From an uncultured Nitrososphaerota archaeon (GTDB taxonomy: Archaea; Thermoproteota; EX4484-205; JAAOZO01): a stretch of 64,000 nt of DNA. The position numbers and the translations under genes are program-made. The notes under the pieces were generated by a model. That model saw nothing but the letters and a program-made list of their open reading frames with translations. It did not search any database and was not told the DNA's origin. The stretch is taken from NCBI GenBank assembly GCA_964408285.1, contig CAYOYV010000006.1, positions 31,635 through 95,634 on the forward strand, read 5' to 3'. Below, piece by piece: positions 8,537-18,786 of this stretch (position 1 is its first letter; every line of letters starts with the position of its first letter).

Positions 8537-9520
8537 TTGACACCCCAAAGAGTCAACTTCGGGGTTGACATGGGCCCCTTCCTTGGACTCGAAAGAAGCT
8601 TCTCGTTCTTAGCTAAGGCCGCAATGGAAACGGAAGGTCTCGGTTTTGACTCAGTCTGGGTTCCGGACCACGAGGTCGATCCGCTCTCGACTCTGTCATT
8701 TCTCAGCTCAGTCACAAAGAACATGAAGTTGGGCACATGTGTACTGATACCAGACCATAGACATCCGGCTTTATTGGCTAGAGAGATAGCTACTCTGGAC
8801 AATCTCTCAGAAGGACGGTTGATTCTTGGACTCGGGGCTGGAGAAGGCAAGCAAATGTTCGGCACTCCGATTGACAGACCTGTTGCAAGGATGTTGGAGA
8901 CGATCACTATAATCAAGAAACTGTGGCAGCATCCGAAGGTGACGCACCACGGCGATTTCTGGGAAATAAGAGACCATTCCCTAGAGTGCAACCCGCTGCA
9001 GCGACCTCATCCCCCGATCTGGATTGGCGCAAGTGGACCGAGAATGCTCGAGATAACAGCGAGGCATGCAAATGGCTGCTTTGGCCCTCAGCTTATCCCA
9101 CAACAGTATCGAAATTGGTTGAACAGGCTGCACAGAATCGCGGGCGAAATCGGCAGAAACCCTGAAGAGATTATCCCGGCGCATTTGCCCTTCACAAGTA
9201 TTTCAAAGGATCATGACCTGGCAGTCAAATGGATCGAACCTTATGTGAGATGGTTCCTGGTATGGGCTTCTAAGCCTCCAAGCTCACTGCAGCAAATACT
9301 CGGTTACAAGGAAAGGTGGGAAAAAGAGGAAGATGTGCCGCGAGAAGCAATCGAGAGATGCTTCATTGTGGGAACACCAGAGGAGTGCACTGACAGAATA
9401 GAGGAATTTGTTCACAACGGCGCAAGCTACTTCGTGCTAGCGATTAGGGCTCCTGATGTAAAGAACTACTTGGAATCACTTGAGCTATATGCCAGAGAGG
9501 TATTGCCACACTTCAAGTAA
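8537..9520 (+). CDS. LLM-class flavin/F420-dependent oxidoreductase
   Basis: GFDSVWVPDH, ATLDNLSEGRLILGLGAG, PPIWIGASGPRML. Confidence 0.9.
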   Translation: MTPQRVNFGVDMGPFLGLERSFSFLAKAAMETEGLGFDSVWVPDHEVDPLSTLSFLSSVTKNMKLGTCVLIPDHRHPALLAREIATLDNLSEGRLILGLGAGEGKQMFGTPIDRPVARMLETITIIKKLWQHPKVTHHGDFWEIRDHSLECNPLQRPHPPIWIGASGPRMLEITARHANGCFGPQLIPQQYRNWLNRLHRIAGEIGRNPEEIIPAHLPFTSISKDHDLAVKWIEPYVRWFLVWASKPPSSLQQILGYKERWEKEEDVPREAIERCFIVGTPEECTDRIEEFVHNGASYFVLAIRAPDVKNYLESLELYAREVLPHFK

Positions 9521-9693
9521 CCCACAGCGCGGTGGGGGCGCGAAGACTCGGGGGACTCAGGTTCTGTTTGAGCTGCTTGCCATATGAACGCTAAATCATC
9601 GGATGAGGATCAGCGACGGATCCTTCATCCCCTGGGTCGCGACCGCGGAACTGGGACTGGCGGGATGAAGATCATGGGGGAACGGATAAGGTC

Positions 9694-10060
9694 AATGCCT
9701 TTTGGGGAGAAAGAGTGAAGGAAGAATTGAGCAAGGGGCATGTTCACTTCATAGCGTTTGATGGAAGAAAACCAGTTGATTTTTCAGCAACCCGGATAGA
9801 TAAAGCCTCTATCGAGAGAAGAGGGGTGAAGCTGGGGGCGCTCTGAGGCGGAGTGGCGGTGCTTCCAGAATTCAGGCGCAAATATGTTGTTTCCAGGCTT
9901 CTGACGGAAGCTCTAGTGTTCCTCAAGAGCATACGGTATGGAAAAAGCAATAGTCGGGACGTTCTGTTATCTAGAGTCGACTACACTTGGCATAGATCTC
10001 TATTTGTAATCCGGTGGTAGGATAACGACTGAGCTAGCGAGTTTGACGAAAACTACGTAG
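9694..10060 (+). pseudogene. GNAT acetyltransferase remnant
   Basis: Frame reads HFIAFDGRKPV...LGAL*GGVAVLPEFRRK...SRLLTEAL (motif A) with a stop at 9844, a later frameshift and another stop. Confidence 0.65.
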
Positions 10061-10133
10061 CTCTCCGTTTTTTGCCATCGCGGATGTAGCTACGTTCAGA
10101 ATCTTATATACGATTCGTACGTTCAGCCTATTA

Positions 10134-11525
10134 TTGCCGGAGAGGAAGGAATTAGCAATGTCGTCACGATCCTTCGAGGACATGACGCGGAAGGATTGGG
10201 TGATAGCAATCAGTGCGACGATGATAGTTGCACTTGCCTATGGCATAGTCCTGTTCAGATATCCCCTCGTATATGGCATCGATAGTCCATACTATTTGAT
10301 ACAAGTCAGGTCAATACTCCGGACGGGGATGATATCATATCCCGATCCCCCACTTTCATTCTATTTCTTCGCCCTATTGACAATGATCATCGGGGATTCA
10401 ATGGTTGCTGTGAAGTTAGGTACAGTGCTATTCTGCGCCCTGACGGTGATTCCTTCCTATCTGATTGGCAAGAGGATAAGTGGGAGCACTCCGGCTGCAA
10501 TAGCATCAGTTGTTGCTGCTTCGCTTTCGGCAGGTCTGATGGTAATGAGCGGACAGCTTCTGAAGAATACCCTTGGTGTATTCTTCCTGATGAGCTTTAT
10601 CTACCTGTGCCTTCGAATTCTGGAAGGAGACGAAAGCAAAACAACCAAAGGCGTGGCTATTGCTACATTCACGCTCACTGCACTGACTCATATACTAGAC
10701 CTAGGGCTGGCTCTGCTCTATCTGATGCTCCTCTCAATCGCATCTTTGGTTATGGGCAGCACCAGGAGGAAGTTCCTTCATTTTTCTGTGCCGTTCTTAG
10801 TTGGGTGTGTCATGATCGGAGGGCTCGCCTACTTCGTGTACGCAGGATACACGACAGATATAGGGAAGGGACTGATCTTTCTCCAGCAGTTCGTGGAGAA
10901 TCTTGAGAACAACGATGTGTCGATATTGGCGGTCACTGTCCCGTCAAGAGCAGTTTCCTATCTGAGCGCTGCAATGGGTGTGGTAGGAGTTGCCATATAC
11001 TACAGAAGAAAGAAGCCTGATGAGGCCGCGTTCATGGCTATATCGACGATGGTTATTGTACTGCTGAACCTTCCATTCGTTCCAGACCAATTCTCTATGA
11101 GATTCACGTTGATGTCCTTCGTACCAATGTCCTCGATAGTGGCGGGATTGGCTGGCCTTATAGGAAGAAAGGGATTTCAATGGGGAGCGGTGGTTCTATT
11201 TGTTCCTCTATTTCTCTTGACACAAACTATTCCGGTGTCTAGAAAGTTAGGACCCATGATATCACCAGAGGAATACAATGATCTTCTGGAAATGGCCAAT
11301 CTTATTCCTGAAGGAAGCAAGGTCATCGGAGGCAAGCCAGGAGCAGGATATTGGGTACTATACCTTCTAGATTCGGAGCAGTTCAAGCCATCGCCAGGCG
11401 AGATAATCGACTACCCGCTATACTTTGTCTCCGGTCCTGGGTGGAGGCCTGCACCACGGAATGCAATTTCAATCTACAGCGGAAACGCCCTCCACATGTA
11501 TGTGATTCCGCCAGCAAGACGCTAG
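10134..11525 (+). CDS. multi-pass membrane protein, probable GT-C (ArnT/PMT-like) glycosyltransferase
   Basis: About 11 TM segments, GIDSPYY...PDPPLSFY loop after TM1, soluble C-terminal domain. Confidence 0.55.
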   Translation: MPERKELAMSSRSFEDMTRKDWVIAISATMIVALAYGIVLFRYPLVYGIDSPYYLIQVRSILRTGMISYPDPPLSFYFFALLTMIIGDSMVAVKLGTVLFCALTVIPSYLIGKRISGSTPAAIASVVAASLSAGLMVMSGQLLKNTLGVFFLMSFIYLCLRILEGDESKTTKGVAIATFTLTALTHILDLGLALLYLMLLSIASLVMGSTRRKFLHFSVPFLVGCVMIGGLAYFVYAGYTTDIGKGLIFLQQFVENLENNDVSILAVTVPSRAVSYLSAAMGVVGVAIYYRRKKPDEAAFMAISTMVIVLLNLPFVPDQFSMRFTLMSFVPMSSIVAGLAGLIGRKGFQWGAVVLFVPLFLLTQTIPVSRKLGPMISPEEYNDLLEMANLIPEGSKVIGGKPGAGYWVLYLLDSEQFKPSPGEIIDYPLYFVSGPGWRPAPRNAISIYSGNALHMYVIPPARR

Positions 11526-11577
11526 TAGGTTGATCGCAGGCGAAAGCATCAATAAATGAATACGTAAAGACAACTGC

Positions 11578-11856
11578 GTGGCCTCGACCGTGAAGGCAAC
11601 TGCCTTGGTCTTCAGCGCCAGAAAGAAGGCGAACTGCTATGATTTTGCCCGAACCATGCTGGATGAAATGGAAAAAGAAGGAGTGGAAACGGAGCTAATT
11701 CGACTGTGTGATTACAGCATCAAGCCCTGCCAGAATTGTGACTACGAGTGCCTGGCGCGCATTGATCGCCCTGCCAGCAACAAAGAGCACGAGAAGTGTC
11801 CGATGAGAGATGATGTCGAATCCATTTGGCGCAAGGTATGGCTGTTTTTCATCTAG
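11578..11856 (+). pseudogene. truncated iron-sulfur flavoprotein/flavodoxin-family protein
   Basis: FSARKKANC, IKPCQNCDYEC...CPMRDD N-terminal half, then an early stop and degenerate downstream sequence. Confidence 0.7.
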
Positions 11857-12135
11857 GATCTCCCCCACATTTGACTATGTGCCCACTAGGCTACAGATAG
11901 ACGGAAATGGAGCAAGGTCGTATAATCAGGAAAGGCGGTAGTGGTCTTGGAAACCAGGAACAGGCGAAGCATACGGAACTTCTCTCGTATGTATTACATC
12001 CCCTAATGAAACAGGTTTCCCCAAATACCGCATGGGGCAACCTTCAATTCGCCCACTGGAATGGCAAGGGAGAGTCTGGGCTTAATTCGTTGAACGTTAA
12101 GTATTAATACGAGTCGACCTTTTCCTGCTGGTCGA

Positions 12136-12633
12136 ATGTCCGAGAAAAAGGAGTTCAGGGCCATAATAAGGATAGCAGGGACTGACTGTGACGGAGGTCT
12201 GAAGCTACCATATGGCCTAAGCAGGATAAAGGGAATTGGCAATAGCTTCGCCAATGCAATTATCCTATCCGCTGGCCTTTCTCCAGAAATGAGGCTAGGC
12301 TATCTCACTGATGATGAGGTCGCGAAGATCGAGGGAATAATGCATGACCCAACATCTCACGGCATTCCGGTCTGGTTATTGAATAAGAGATCCGATCAGA
12401 CGACTGGCAAGAGCGCACACGTTGTTGGATCGGATGTTGACATCAGCACAAGATCCGACGTGGAGTTGATGAAGAAGATTGCCTCTTGGAAGGGCATCAG
12501 ACATTCCCTTGGACTCAGGGTGAGAGGACAGAAAACAAAGACGAGCGGAAGGAAGGGAAGAGCGATAGGTGTAGTGAAGACAACTCTGTTTGCAGAGAGG
12601 GCAGCAATCGGAGAGCAAGCGGAGAAAAAATAG
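12136..12633 (+). CDS. rps13: 30S ribosomal protein S13
   Basis: IIRIAGTD, IKGIG, WKGIRHSLGLRVRGQKTKT. Confidence 0.97.
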   Translation: MSEKKEFRAIIRIAGTDCDGGLKLPYGLSRIKGIGNSFANAIILSAGLSPEMRLGYLTDDEVAKIEGIMHDPTSHGIPVWLLNKRSDQTTGKSAHVVGSDVDISTRSDVELMKKIASWKGIRHSLGLRVRGQKTKTSGRKGRAIGVVKTTLFAERAAIGEQAEKK

Positions 12634-12646
12634 CCGGTGACTTTGC

Positions 12647-13168
12647 ATGGGTTCTCCCCGAAGGATCAGAAGTTACCTGGTGGCACCTAGACAGCCATGG
12701 GTCAAGGAACGCATAGATCAGGAGCTTTCGCTCATAGGCGAATTCGGGCTGAGGTCAAAGAAGGAGCTCTACGCTGCGTCATCTATCTTGAGGAAAATGA
12801 GGGCCGCAGCACGTTCTTATCTGGCATTGCCCATCGAAGATAGGGCGTCAAGGGAAAGGGAATTGATCTCTCGTCTCCACAAATTGGGTCTCGTCGAGGA
12901 AAATGCCTCCTTGGATGACGTTCTATCATTGGACATCAGGGCAATACTGAGTAGGCGACTTCAGTCCATAGTCCGGGCAAAGGGTCTAGCTAACTCTCTT
13001 CATGAATCAAGACAGCTGATCGTTCATGGAATGATAAAGGTGGGAGGCAGGGTGGTCAAGAACCCGAGCAGGCTTGTGACGAGAACTGAGGACTCCGAAG
13101 TTACCTCTAAGAAGGGCCAGGCAAAAACAGGAGCCACTGGAACGGAGAGCAGTGGCGTTCAGTCATAG
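12647..13168 (+). CDS. rps4: 30S ribosomal protein S4
   Basis: PRQPW...FGLRSKKE, LSRRLQSIV, SRQLIVHG. Confidence 0.96.
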   Translation: MGSPRRIRSYLVAPRQPWVKERIDQELSLIGEFGLRSKKELYAASSILRKMRAAARSYLALPIEDRASRERELISRLHKLGLVEENASLDDVLSLDIRAILSRRLQSIVRAKGLANSLHESRQLIVHGMIKVGGRVVKNPSRLVTRTEDSEVTSKKGQAKTGATGTESSGVQS

Positions 13169-13243
13169 ACAAACGTGTCCCGACTGCTAATCTGGAAGGA
13201 CCCCAGTCATTTTTTCATCACATAGCACGTGCCATTCCTCTTG

Positions 13244-14107
13244 TCAGAATCTGGCGTCCGGTGCCACTTCGTATGAACTCCTAATCGCCTCCCAATAAGT
13301 CTGGGGTGTTCCTATGTCAAATCTGGTCTCGTCTTGCCTCAGTTTCACTGCATGTACATTGGTGCCGAGTTCAATCAACCTCTGTATCGCATCAGTCAAC
13401 TGCAATTCGCCATGTAGGCCGGGCCTGATCGCTTTCAGTTCCGAGAAAATCATGGGTTTGAAGACATACAACGGGACTACCGCGAGATTGCTTCTTGGAG
13501 CCTCTGGCTTTTCCACGGCAGAGACGACCTTGAGATGACCTGAATCGTCCGTTACCTCGACGACTCCATACTTCCTCGGATCCTCGACCTCCAATACGAC
13601 CAAGGAGGCTGAGTCATCGGTTGAATGATGAAGTTGCATCAGTCTCTTCACGAGGTCATTCTCCCTTGAGGATACGAATGTATCTCCCGCTGCCACCAAA
13701 AAGTCATCATCACCGACGAAATCCTTTGCCAAAAGAACTGCGTCTCCAAAACCTTTGGGAAAAGGTTGATTTATCCAGATGATACTCGATTTCTCGACTC
13801 TTTCATAGAAGGATTTCATCTCTTCGTGCAGTTCGGGCTTTCCAGAAGTCTGCAGGTAGGCTAGGAAATCATAGTCTGGAGTGAAGTGATCCTCTATTGC
13901 CCTCTTGCCGCGACCAACAATGAAGCAGAATTCAGCAAGCCCGCAAACGCATAGCTGCTCGAAAAGAGCCTGCAGAAGCGGCTTCAAAGTCATACCATTC
14001 TTTCCTGCAGAGAAGACAGGTAGCATTTCCTTGGGCAATTCCTTGCTCATTGGAAGCAGCCTCGTTCCCAGGCCGGCCGCGGTTATCACTGCCTTCCTGA
14101 TATGCAT
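13244..14107 (-). CDS. galU: UTP-glucose-1-phosphate uridylyltransferase-like sugar nucleotidyltransferase
   Basis: KAVITAAGLGTRLLP.SKELPKEMLP, AIEDHF, VEKP, ELQLTDAI. Confidence 0.85.
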   Translation of the reverse strand: MHIRKAVITAAGLGTRLLPMSKELPKEMLPVFSAGKNGMTLKPLLQALFEQLCVCGLAEFCFIVGRGKRAIEDHFTPDYDFLAYLQTSGKPELHEEMKSFYERVEKSSIIWINQPFPKGFGDAVLLAKDFVGDDDFLVAAGDTFVSSRENDLVKRLMQLHHSTDDSASLVVLEVEDPRKYGVVEVTDDSGHLKVVSAVEKPEAPRSNLAVVPLYVFKPMIFSELKAIRPGLHGELQLTDAIQRLIELGTNVHAVKLRQDETRFDIGTPQTYWEAIRSSYEVAPDARF

Positions 14108-14211
14108 ACCAATTGCTCCCTGCGTCTTCAACAAATTAAAAGGTTTGTTAGTGTGGTTTGACGATAGGTTTACATGAACCCAATTGCTTCAGCGGATGGG
14201 AAGACCTCAGA

Positions 14212-15294
14212 ATGAAACTGCTCGCCTCGGCCCCAGGCAGGATTTGTCTCTTCGGGGAGCACATGGATTGGTGTCGCAGGTCAGTCATACCGGTGGCCGT
14301 AGACATGAGGATCTTCATGTTATTGAAGGATGCGACTGGAGACATCGTTAGGGTTGATTCACATCCTCCCTTCACTCTCCACGATCAATTTGACCTACGC
14401 GATTTCGACCCAACGGGAGGAGATGACCTCAGATATGTCAGGGCTGTTTGCAGGGCGATGATGAATGCTGGTCATCGTTTGCCCGGCTGCAACATTAGGT
14501 TAGCTAAATGTGGTGAAGTTTCAAGATTGACTGGGGAGAAGGGCATTGTTGATCTTCCAGCGGGACGTGGTTTGTCGTCGAGTGCGGCAGTTTGTGTCGC
14601 AGCAGCCGGAGCTCTAGGAACACTCGCCAACGGGATTGTAGAAGAGAGAAAGGAATTCGTTCCTTTGACAAAGATTGCAGACATTGCCTATACTGCGGAA
14701 AGGAAGATCTTGGGCGTCAATTGTGGGCAAATGGACCAATATGCTTCCGCCTTGGGGAATGTTCTGTATATGGATTGCACCACTGAGCCGGCTACACCAA
14801 CATTCCTCCGGCCCAACACAATCCTTCCTTTGGTCATAGGAGATACTAAACAAAGCAAGGACACCCCAATGATATTGGCTTGGTTGGGGGAGAGATTCGC
14901 ACAAAGGGAGCGTCTCTTTATGGACGGGATGACGGAAATCGTAAGCATAGTTGAGGAGGCAAAACATGAATTGACAAAAGAGAACCCTGATCTGGAGCGA
15001 ATAGGCGAACTGATGAACCTCAATCAGCACTACCTGAAGGACTACCTAAGGGTTTCAGGAGACTGCCCCGTTTCGCCGAATGGGTTGGACCTCCTTATCG
15101 AGGTTTCTCTTTCCGCAGGAGCTTTGGGGGCAAAGCTCAGCGGTTCTGGGGGTGGAGGCGCGATGGTGGCGCTATGCAGACCTCAGGACGTAGATTCCGT
15201 TGCGGAGGCCATTAGGAAGAAAGGAGGAGAAGCCTTTGTGACTGTGGTTGCCAAGGAAGGACTATCTCTGAGGGACCTAACCTCTTGTGCCTAG
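14212..15294 (+). CDS. GHMP-family sugar kinase (galactokinase-like)
   Basis: SAPGRICLFGEHMD, PAGRGLSSSAA, CGQMDQYA, GAKLSGSGGGG. Confidence 0.85.
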   Translation: MKLLASAPGRICLFGEHMDWCRRSVIPVAVDMRIFMLLKDATGDIVRVDSHPPFTLHDQFDLRDFDPTGGDDLRYVRAVCRAMMNAGHRLPGCNIRLAKCGEVSRLTGEKGIVDLPAGRGLSSSAAVCVAAAGALGTLANGIVEERKEFVPLTKIADIAYTAERKILGVNCGQMDQYASALGNVLYMDCTTEPATPTFLRPNTILPLVIGDTKQSKDTPMILAWLGERFAQRERLFMDGMTEIVSIVEEAKHELTKENPDLERIGELMNLNQHYLKDYLRVSGDCPVSPNGLDLLIEVSLSAGALGAKLSGSGGGGAMVALCRPQDVDSVAEAIRKKGGEAFVTVVAKEGLSLRDLTSCA

Positions 15295-16228
15295 AATCCA
15301 GAATCATCAGGGCCGCTCATCCAATGAGAAACATCCGATAAGACTTAAGAAATTGATGGCACTCGAGCAACACATGGGAGTGAGAGTAACAGCGCCGGTA
15401 AGAATCGACATATCCGGAGGCTGGCCTGACTCTGATCCCTACAGGGCTGACTTCGGCGGTTTCGTATTGAATGCAGCGATTAACCTTCGCGTTTCGGCCT
15501 GCCTGAACAGGGATCTCGTGATCTCTCCAGGATCGGTTCCACCTCATAGTGGTCTTGGGGCTTCAGGTGCACTCAGAACGGCTGAACTGGTCGCCTCCAA
15601 TCCACGTCTACTCAGGGATAAGATCGGCCTTATCGGAAAAGTCCATGCCTACGAAAATAAGATAATCGAGAACAGGGCTGGATTCCAAGATGAAGCGGCG
15701 GCCATTTTCGGTGGAGTGAATTATTGGGAGTTTGGCAGGAAGGGAAAAATCCGGTTGCAGAAGATTGCAAGGAAAAAGGCGGAGCACTTGGAGGAAAGGA
15801 TACTCGTGATCTACACAGGTCAGACCCATCTTTCTGCAAATGTCCACGATCTAGTTTTCGGACCCCGAAACTACAGGAGGAACATACCTGCACTGCACAG
15901 GATGAAGCAGATTGCGGCCGAAATGAGAGAGAATATGGCGAACGAAAAGGACATGGCGAGATTGATAGACGAGACTTGGGCTCTGCAGAAGTCCCTCCAT
16001 TCTTCAATAGAAACGAGCCGAATGAGGACCGTTCAGAAAGTCCTGAGGCAATACTATCTGGCTGCCAGAGCTACCGGCGCGGGAGGGGGAGGATCCATGA
16101 TCTTCTACACGGATGACAAAGAGAGGCTAATGAGGATCATGAGACAGAGGAGAAGGGAACTAACCGGTATCAGCATGATCAAATGCAGATTCGATTATCT
16201 CGGCGTCAGGTGCACCGAATTCTCTTAG
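15287..16228 (+). CDS. GHMP-family kinase (HddA/fucokinase-like); true start uncertain
   Basis: APVRIDISGGWPD, PPHSGLGASGA, GFQDE, ATGAGGGG. Confidence 0.8.
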   Translation: MPRIQNHQGRSSNEKHPIRLKKLMALEQHMGVRVTAPVRIDISGGWPDSDPYRADFGGFVLNAAINLRVSACLNRDLVISPGSVPPHSGLGASGALRTAELVASNPRLLRDKIGLIGKVHAYENKIIENRAGFQDEAAAIFGGVNYWEFGRKGKIRLQKIARKKAEHLEERILVIYTGQTHLSANVHDLVFGPRNYRRNIPALHRMKQIAAEMRENMANEKDMARLIDETWALQKSLHSSIETSRMRTVQKVLRQYYLAARATGAGGGGSMIFYTDDKERLMRIMRQRRRELTGISMIKCRFDYLGVRCTEFS

Positions 16229-16289
16229 CACGGATTGGGAGTCCCTGAACAACCTAGAATGCGCCATTGCTTCTTTCATCCATCTCTGC

Positions 16290-17417
16290 TTAGACGGAAA
16301 AAACCTTGTCGACGATCTCATAACTCCGCGAAATGTCATAATTCCTCACGGCACGTTCTCTGCCCTCGGTGCCCATTTTCCTACATAGCCCAAAATCGCC
16401 TAACAGACGCATTATCGCCCCGGCTATCTCATTAACTTTGAGCGGGTCAACATGAAAGCCGGTCAAGCCATCAAGAATGGTTTCCCGGGGGCCTCCTGTC
16501 CCAACGATCGTGGGTCGCCCTTGGGCCATCCCTTCTATTGGAACCAATCCCCACGGCTCATCTATGGTGGGATACGCTACAATCTGTGAACTCCTATAAA
16601 GCTCATCAAGATCACTCCCTGTCTTCACACCGAGATACTCCACTACTCCCTCACTTTCAGTCAGAGCCTCTTTGAATCTCTCCTCTTCGTTTTCGAGAAT
16701 CGGACCTGCTATTGTGAGTCTTGAATCCTTGAAGCTTTGAGTCACGATCTTCATGGCCTCCATCAATCTATACACGTTCTTGATCCAATGAATGGCACCA
16801 ACGTAGAGGATTCTCCTTGTTTCCTCTATTGGTTTGACGATGATCTTTTCAGTATCTATTCCCCAGGGAATCTCGACGATCTTGTCCTGCGATACACCCA
16901 TTCTCATCATGATGTTTCCTATGTAGCGAGAATAGACGATTATCTTGTCGTAGTGGTTCCTGAAAGCGTCCATGTATAGCTTCTTATATATGGGAATCCT
17001 GATCCTAGGACGTATACCCTCATATTTTATGAAAGAGGAGCTTCCAAATTCGTCGAAGAATATGGATCTCCTGGGCTCATGACACCAGCAGTAATGCAGG
17101 GCGCGTCTCTTCCTTTTTCTTGAAATCAAGTAGTCAATTATTGGGGGAGCATTGCTCATGAGAAGTATGTCATATGGAATCACATCCATCTTCCTCTGAA
17201 TTTCCCTTGAAAACGCTAGATTGTTGATGAAATTGAATCCCCGGGAGTCTGTCTTTATTGAGATGTGCTGAGTTCCAGGGATTCCCACCGGGCCCTCATC
17301 GTGAGAGATGACGCATACTTCGTTTCTCACTGCCAGATGAGCGGCCAAATTCCTGATTATCAATTCCGCACCACGAACTTGGGCGAATGTTGGGTGATAG
17401 ATCACAATCTTGGCCAA
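16290..17417 (-). CDS. glycosyltransferase family 4
   Basis: GAE N-terminal motif, EPWGLVPIEGMAQG, ETILDGLTGF. Confidence 0.9.
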   Translation of the reverse strand: MAKIVIYHPTFAQVRGAELIIRNLAAHLAVRNEVCVISHDEGPVGIPGTQHISIKTDSRGFNFINNLAFSREIQRKMDVIPYDILLMSNAPPIIDYLISRKRKRRALHYCWCHEPRRSIFFDEFGSSSFIKYEGIRPRIRIPIYKKLYMDAFRNHYDKIIVYSRYIGNIMMRMGVSQDKIVEIPWGIDTEKIIVKPIEETRRILYVGAIHWIKNVYRLMEAMKIVTQSFKDSRLTIAGPILENEEERFKEALTESEGVVEYLGVKTGSDLDELYRSSQIVAYPTIDEPWGLVPIEGMAQGRPTIVGTGGPRETILDGLTGFHVDPLKVNEIAGAIMRLLGDFGLCRKMGTEGRERAVRNYDISRSYEIVDKVFSV

Positions 17418-17583
17418 CTGCTGTTGTGACTTATTTTTTCGTTTGTATTAAACTTATTGAATCGCGTTGGCCATCTCAAGTGCTTGCTTTGTTGCTCCTT
17501 TGAGCGACCAAGGCGATGGGATCCGTGGTGATTGTCGGCTCGGCGCATTCTTGAAGCCTGAGAGGTTTGTTAGAAGTTAAATA

Positions 17584-18639
17584 GTGGAACTTTTTGAGTT
17601 GAACACCTTGAGGGTGCTGGTCACGGGTGGTGCCGGATTCATAGGGTCCCACATCGTCGAATTCTACTCGAATAGGGGTGACGAGGTCGTCGCTCTCGAC
17701 AGCCTCGCAAGGGGAGAGATGCTAAGGAGGGAGGAGTACGGCATTCAGAGCAATTGGGAATACCTCAGGTCTCTGAAGAACGTTACTCCTGTGAAGGGAG
17801 ACATTCGAGACTTCGAAAAACTGAAGGACGTTGCAGCTGGCTGTGAAGTGATCTTTCACGCGGCAGCACAAGTGGCGGTTACATCATCAGTGACGGATCC
17901 AGTCCTGGATTTTGAGATAAATGCGAAGGGCACTATAAATGTCCTTGAGGCATCTAGGTTACATGACGCCTCAGTGGTCTTCACTTCAACTAACAAAGCC
18001 TACGGCGAGAACGTCAACAAGATTCCAGTTACGGAGAAGGAGAAGAGGTACGAATATGCTGATCCGAAATACAATCGGGGAATACCTGAGGAGTTCCCAA
18101 TAGATCTGACAGGTCATAGTCCCTATGGGTGCTCGAAGTTGTCAGCGGACCTCTATGTTCAGGATTATGCGCACACCTACGGCCTCAAGACTGGAGTATT
18201 CAGACAAAGCTGCATCTACGGCGAAAGGCAATTCGGAGTCGAAGATCAGGGATGGGTAGCTTGGTTTGTAATCGCCACGTTAAGCAATAGACCCATAACG
18301 ATCTATGGCGATGGAAAGCAGGTTAGGGATGTTCTATACGTCAAAGATCTAGTAACGGCCTTTGATGCGTTCTTGAACAGCCATTTGAGGCACGAGGTCT
18401 TCAACACTGGCGGCGGCCCGAAGAACACTCTTTCCTTATTGGAGCTTCTGGACATACTCGAGGAATTCACACGAACTAGGCCGAGGATTTCGTTTTCGTC
18501 CTGGAGGCCTGCAGATCAGAAGGTCTATGTCTCCGATATCTCCAAGATGTTCAGATTGCTCCACTGGAAGCCTCTCGTGGGGCCACAGGCTGGCGTAAAG
18601 AAGCTAGTTGAGTTCTTCAGGAAAAAATCAACATCTTAG
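17584..18639 (+). CDS. NAD-dependent epimerase/dehydratase (CDP-tyvelose epimerase RfbE-like)
   Basis: VTGGAGFIGS, HAAAQVAVTSS, STNK, SPYGCSK, EDQGWVAWF. Confidence 0.88.
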   Translation: MELFELNTLRVLVTGGAGFIGSHIVEFYSNRGDEVVALDSLARGEMLRREEYGIQSNWEYLRSLKNVTPVKGDIRDFEKLKDVAAGCEVIFHAAAQVAVTSSVTDPVLDFEINAKGTINVLEASRLHDASVVFTSTNKAYGENVNKIPVTEKEKRYEYADPKYNRGIPEEFPIDLTGHSPYGCSKLSADLYVQDYAHTYGLKTGVFRQSCIYGERQFGVEDQGWVAWFVIATLSNRPITIYGDGKQVRDVLYVKDLVTAFDAFLNSHLRHEVFNTGGGPKNTLSLLELLDILEEFTRTRPRISFSSWRPADQKVYVSDISKMFRLLHWKPLVGPQAGVKKLVEFFRKKSTS

Positions 18640-18786
18640 TATAGATTGCTTGCGTGAAGCATCTCTAGAGCAAGGAGCTGCGATCTCCCTCGGGCATTTT
18701 CCACGTTCAAACCGAAGTGATCGGCCATCCTAGTGTTAATTCTCACTTTACTTATAAGTGGCTTCTATTGCTCACCGTAAGTATAA

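Noticed and set aside
13159-13221. Possible C/D box sRNA on the minus strand (GTGATGA ... CTGA)
   Set aside because: The internal boxes are unconvincing and I could not recognise a guide target; it would need a snoscan-type search
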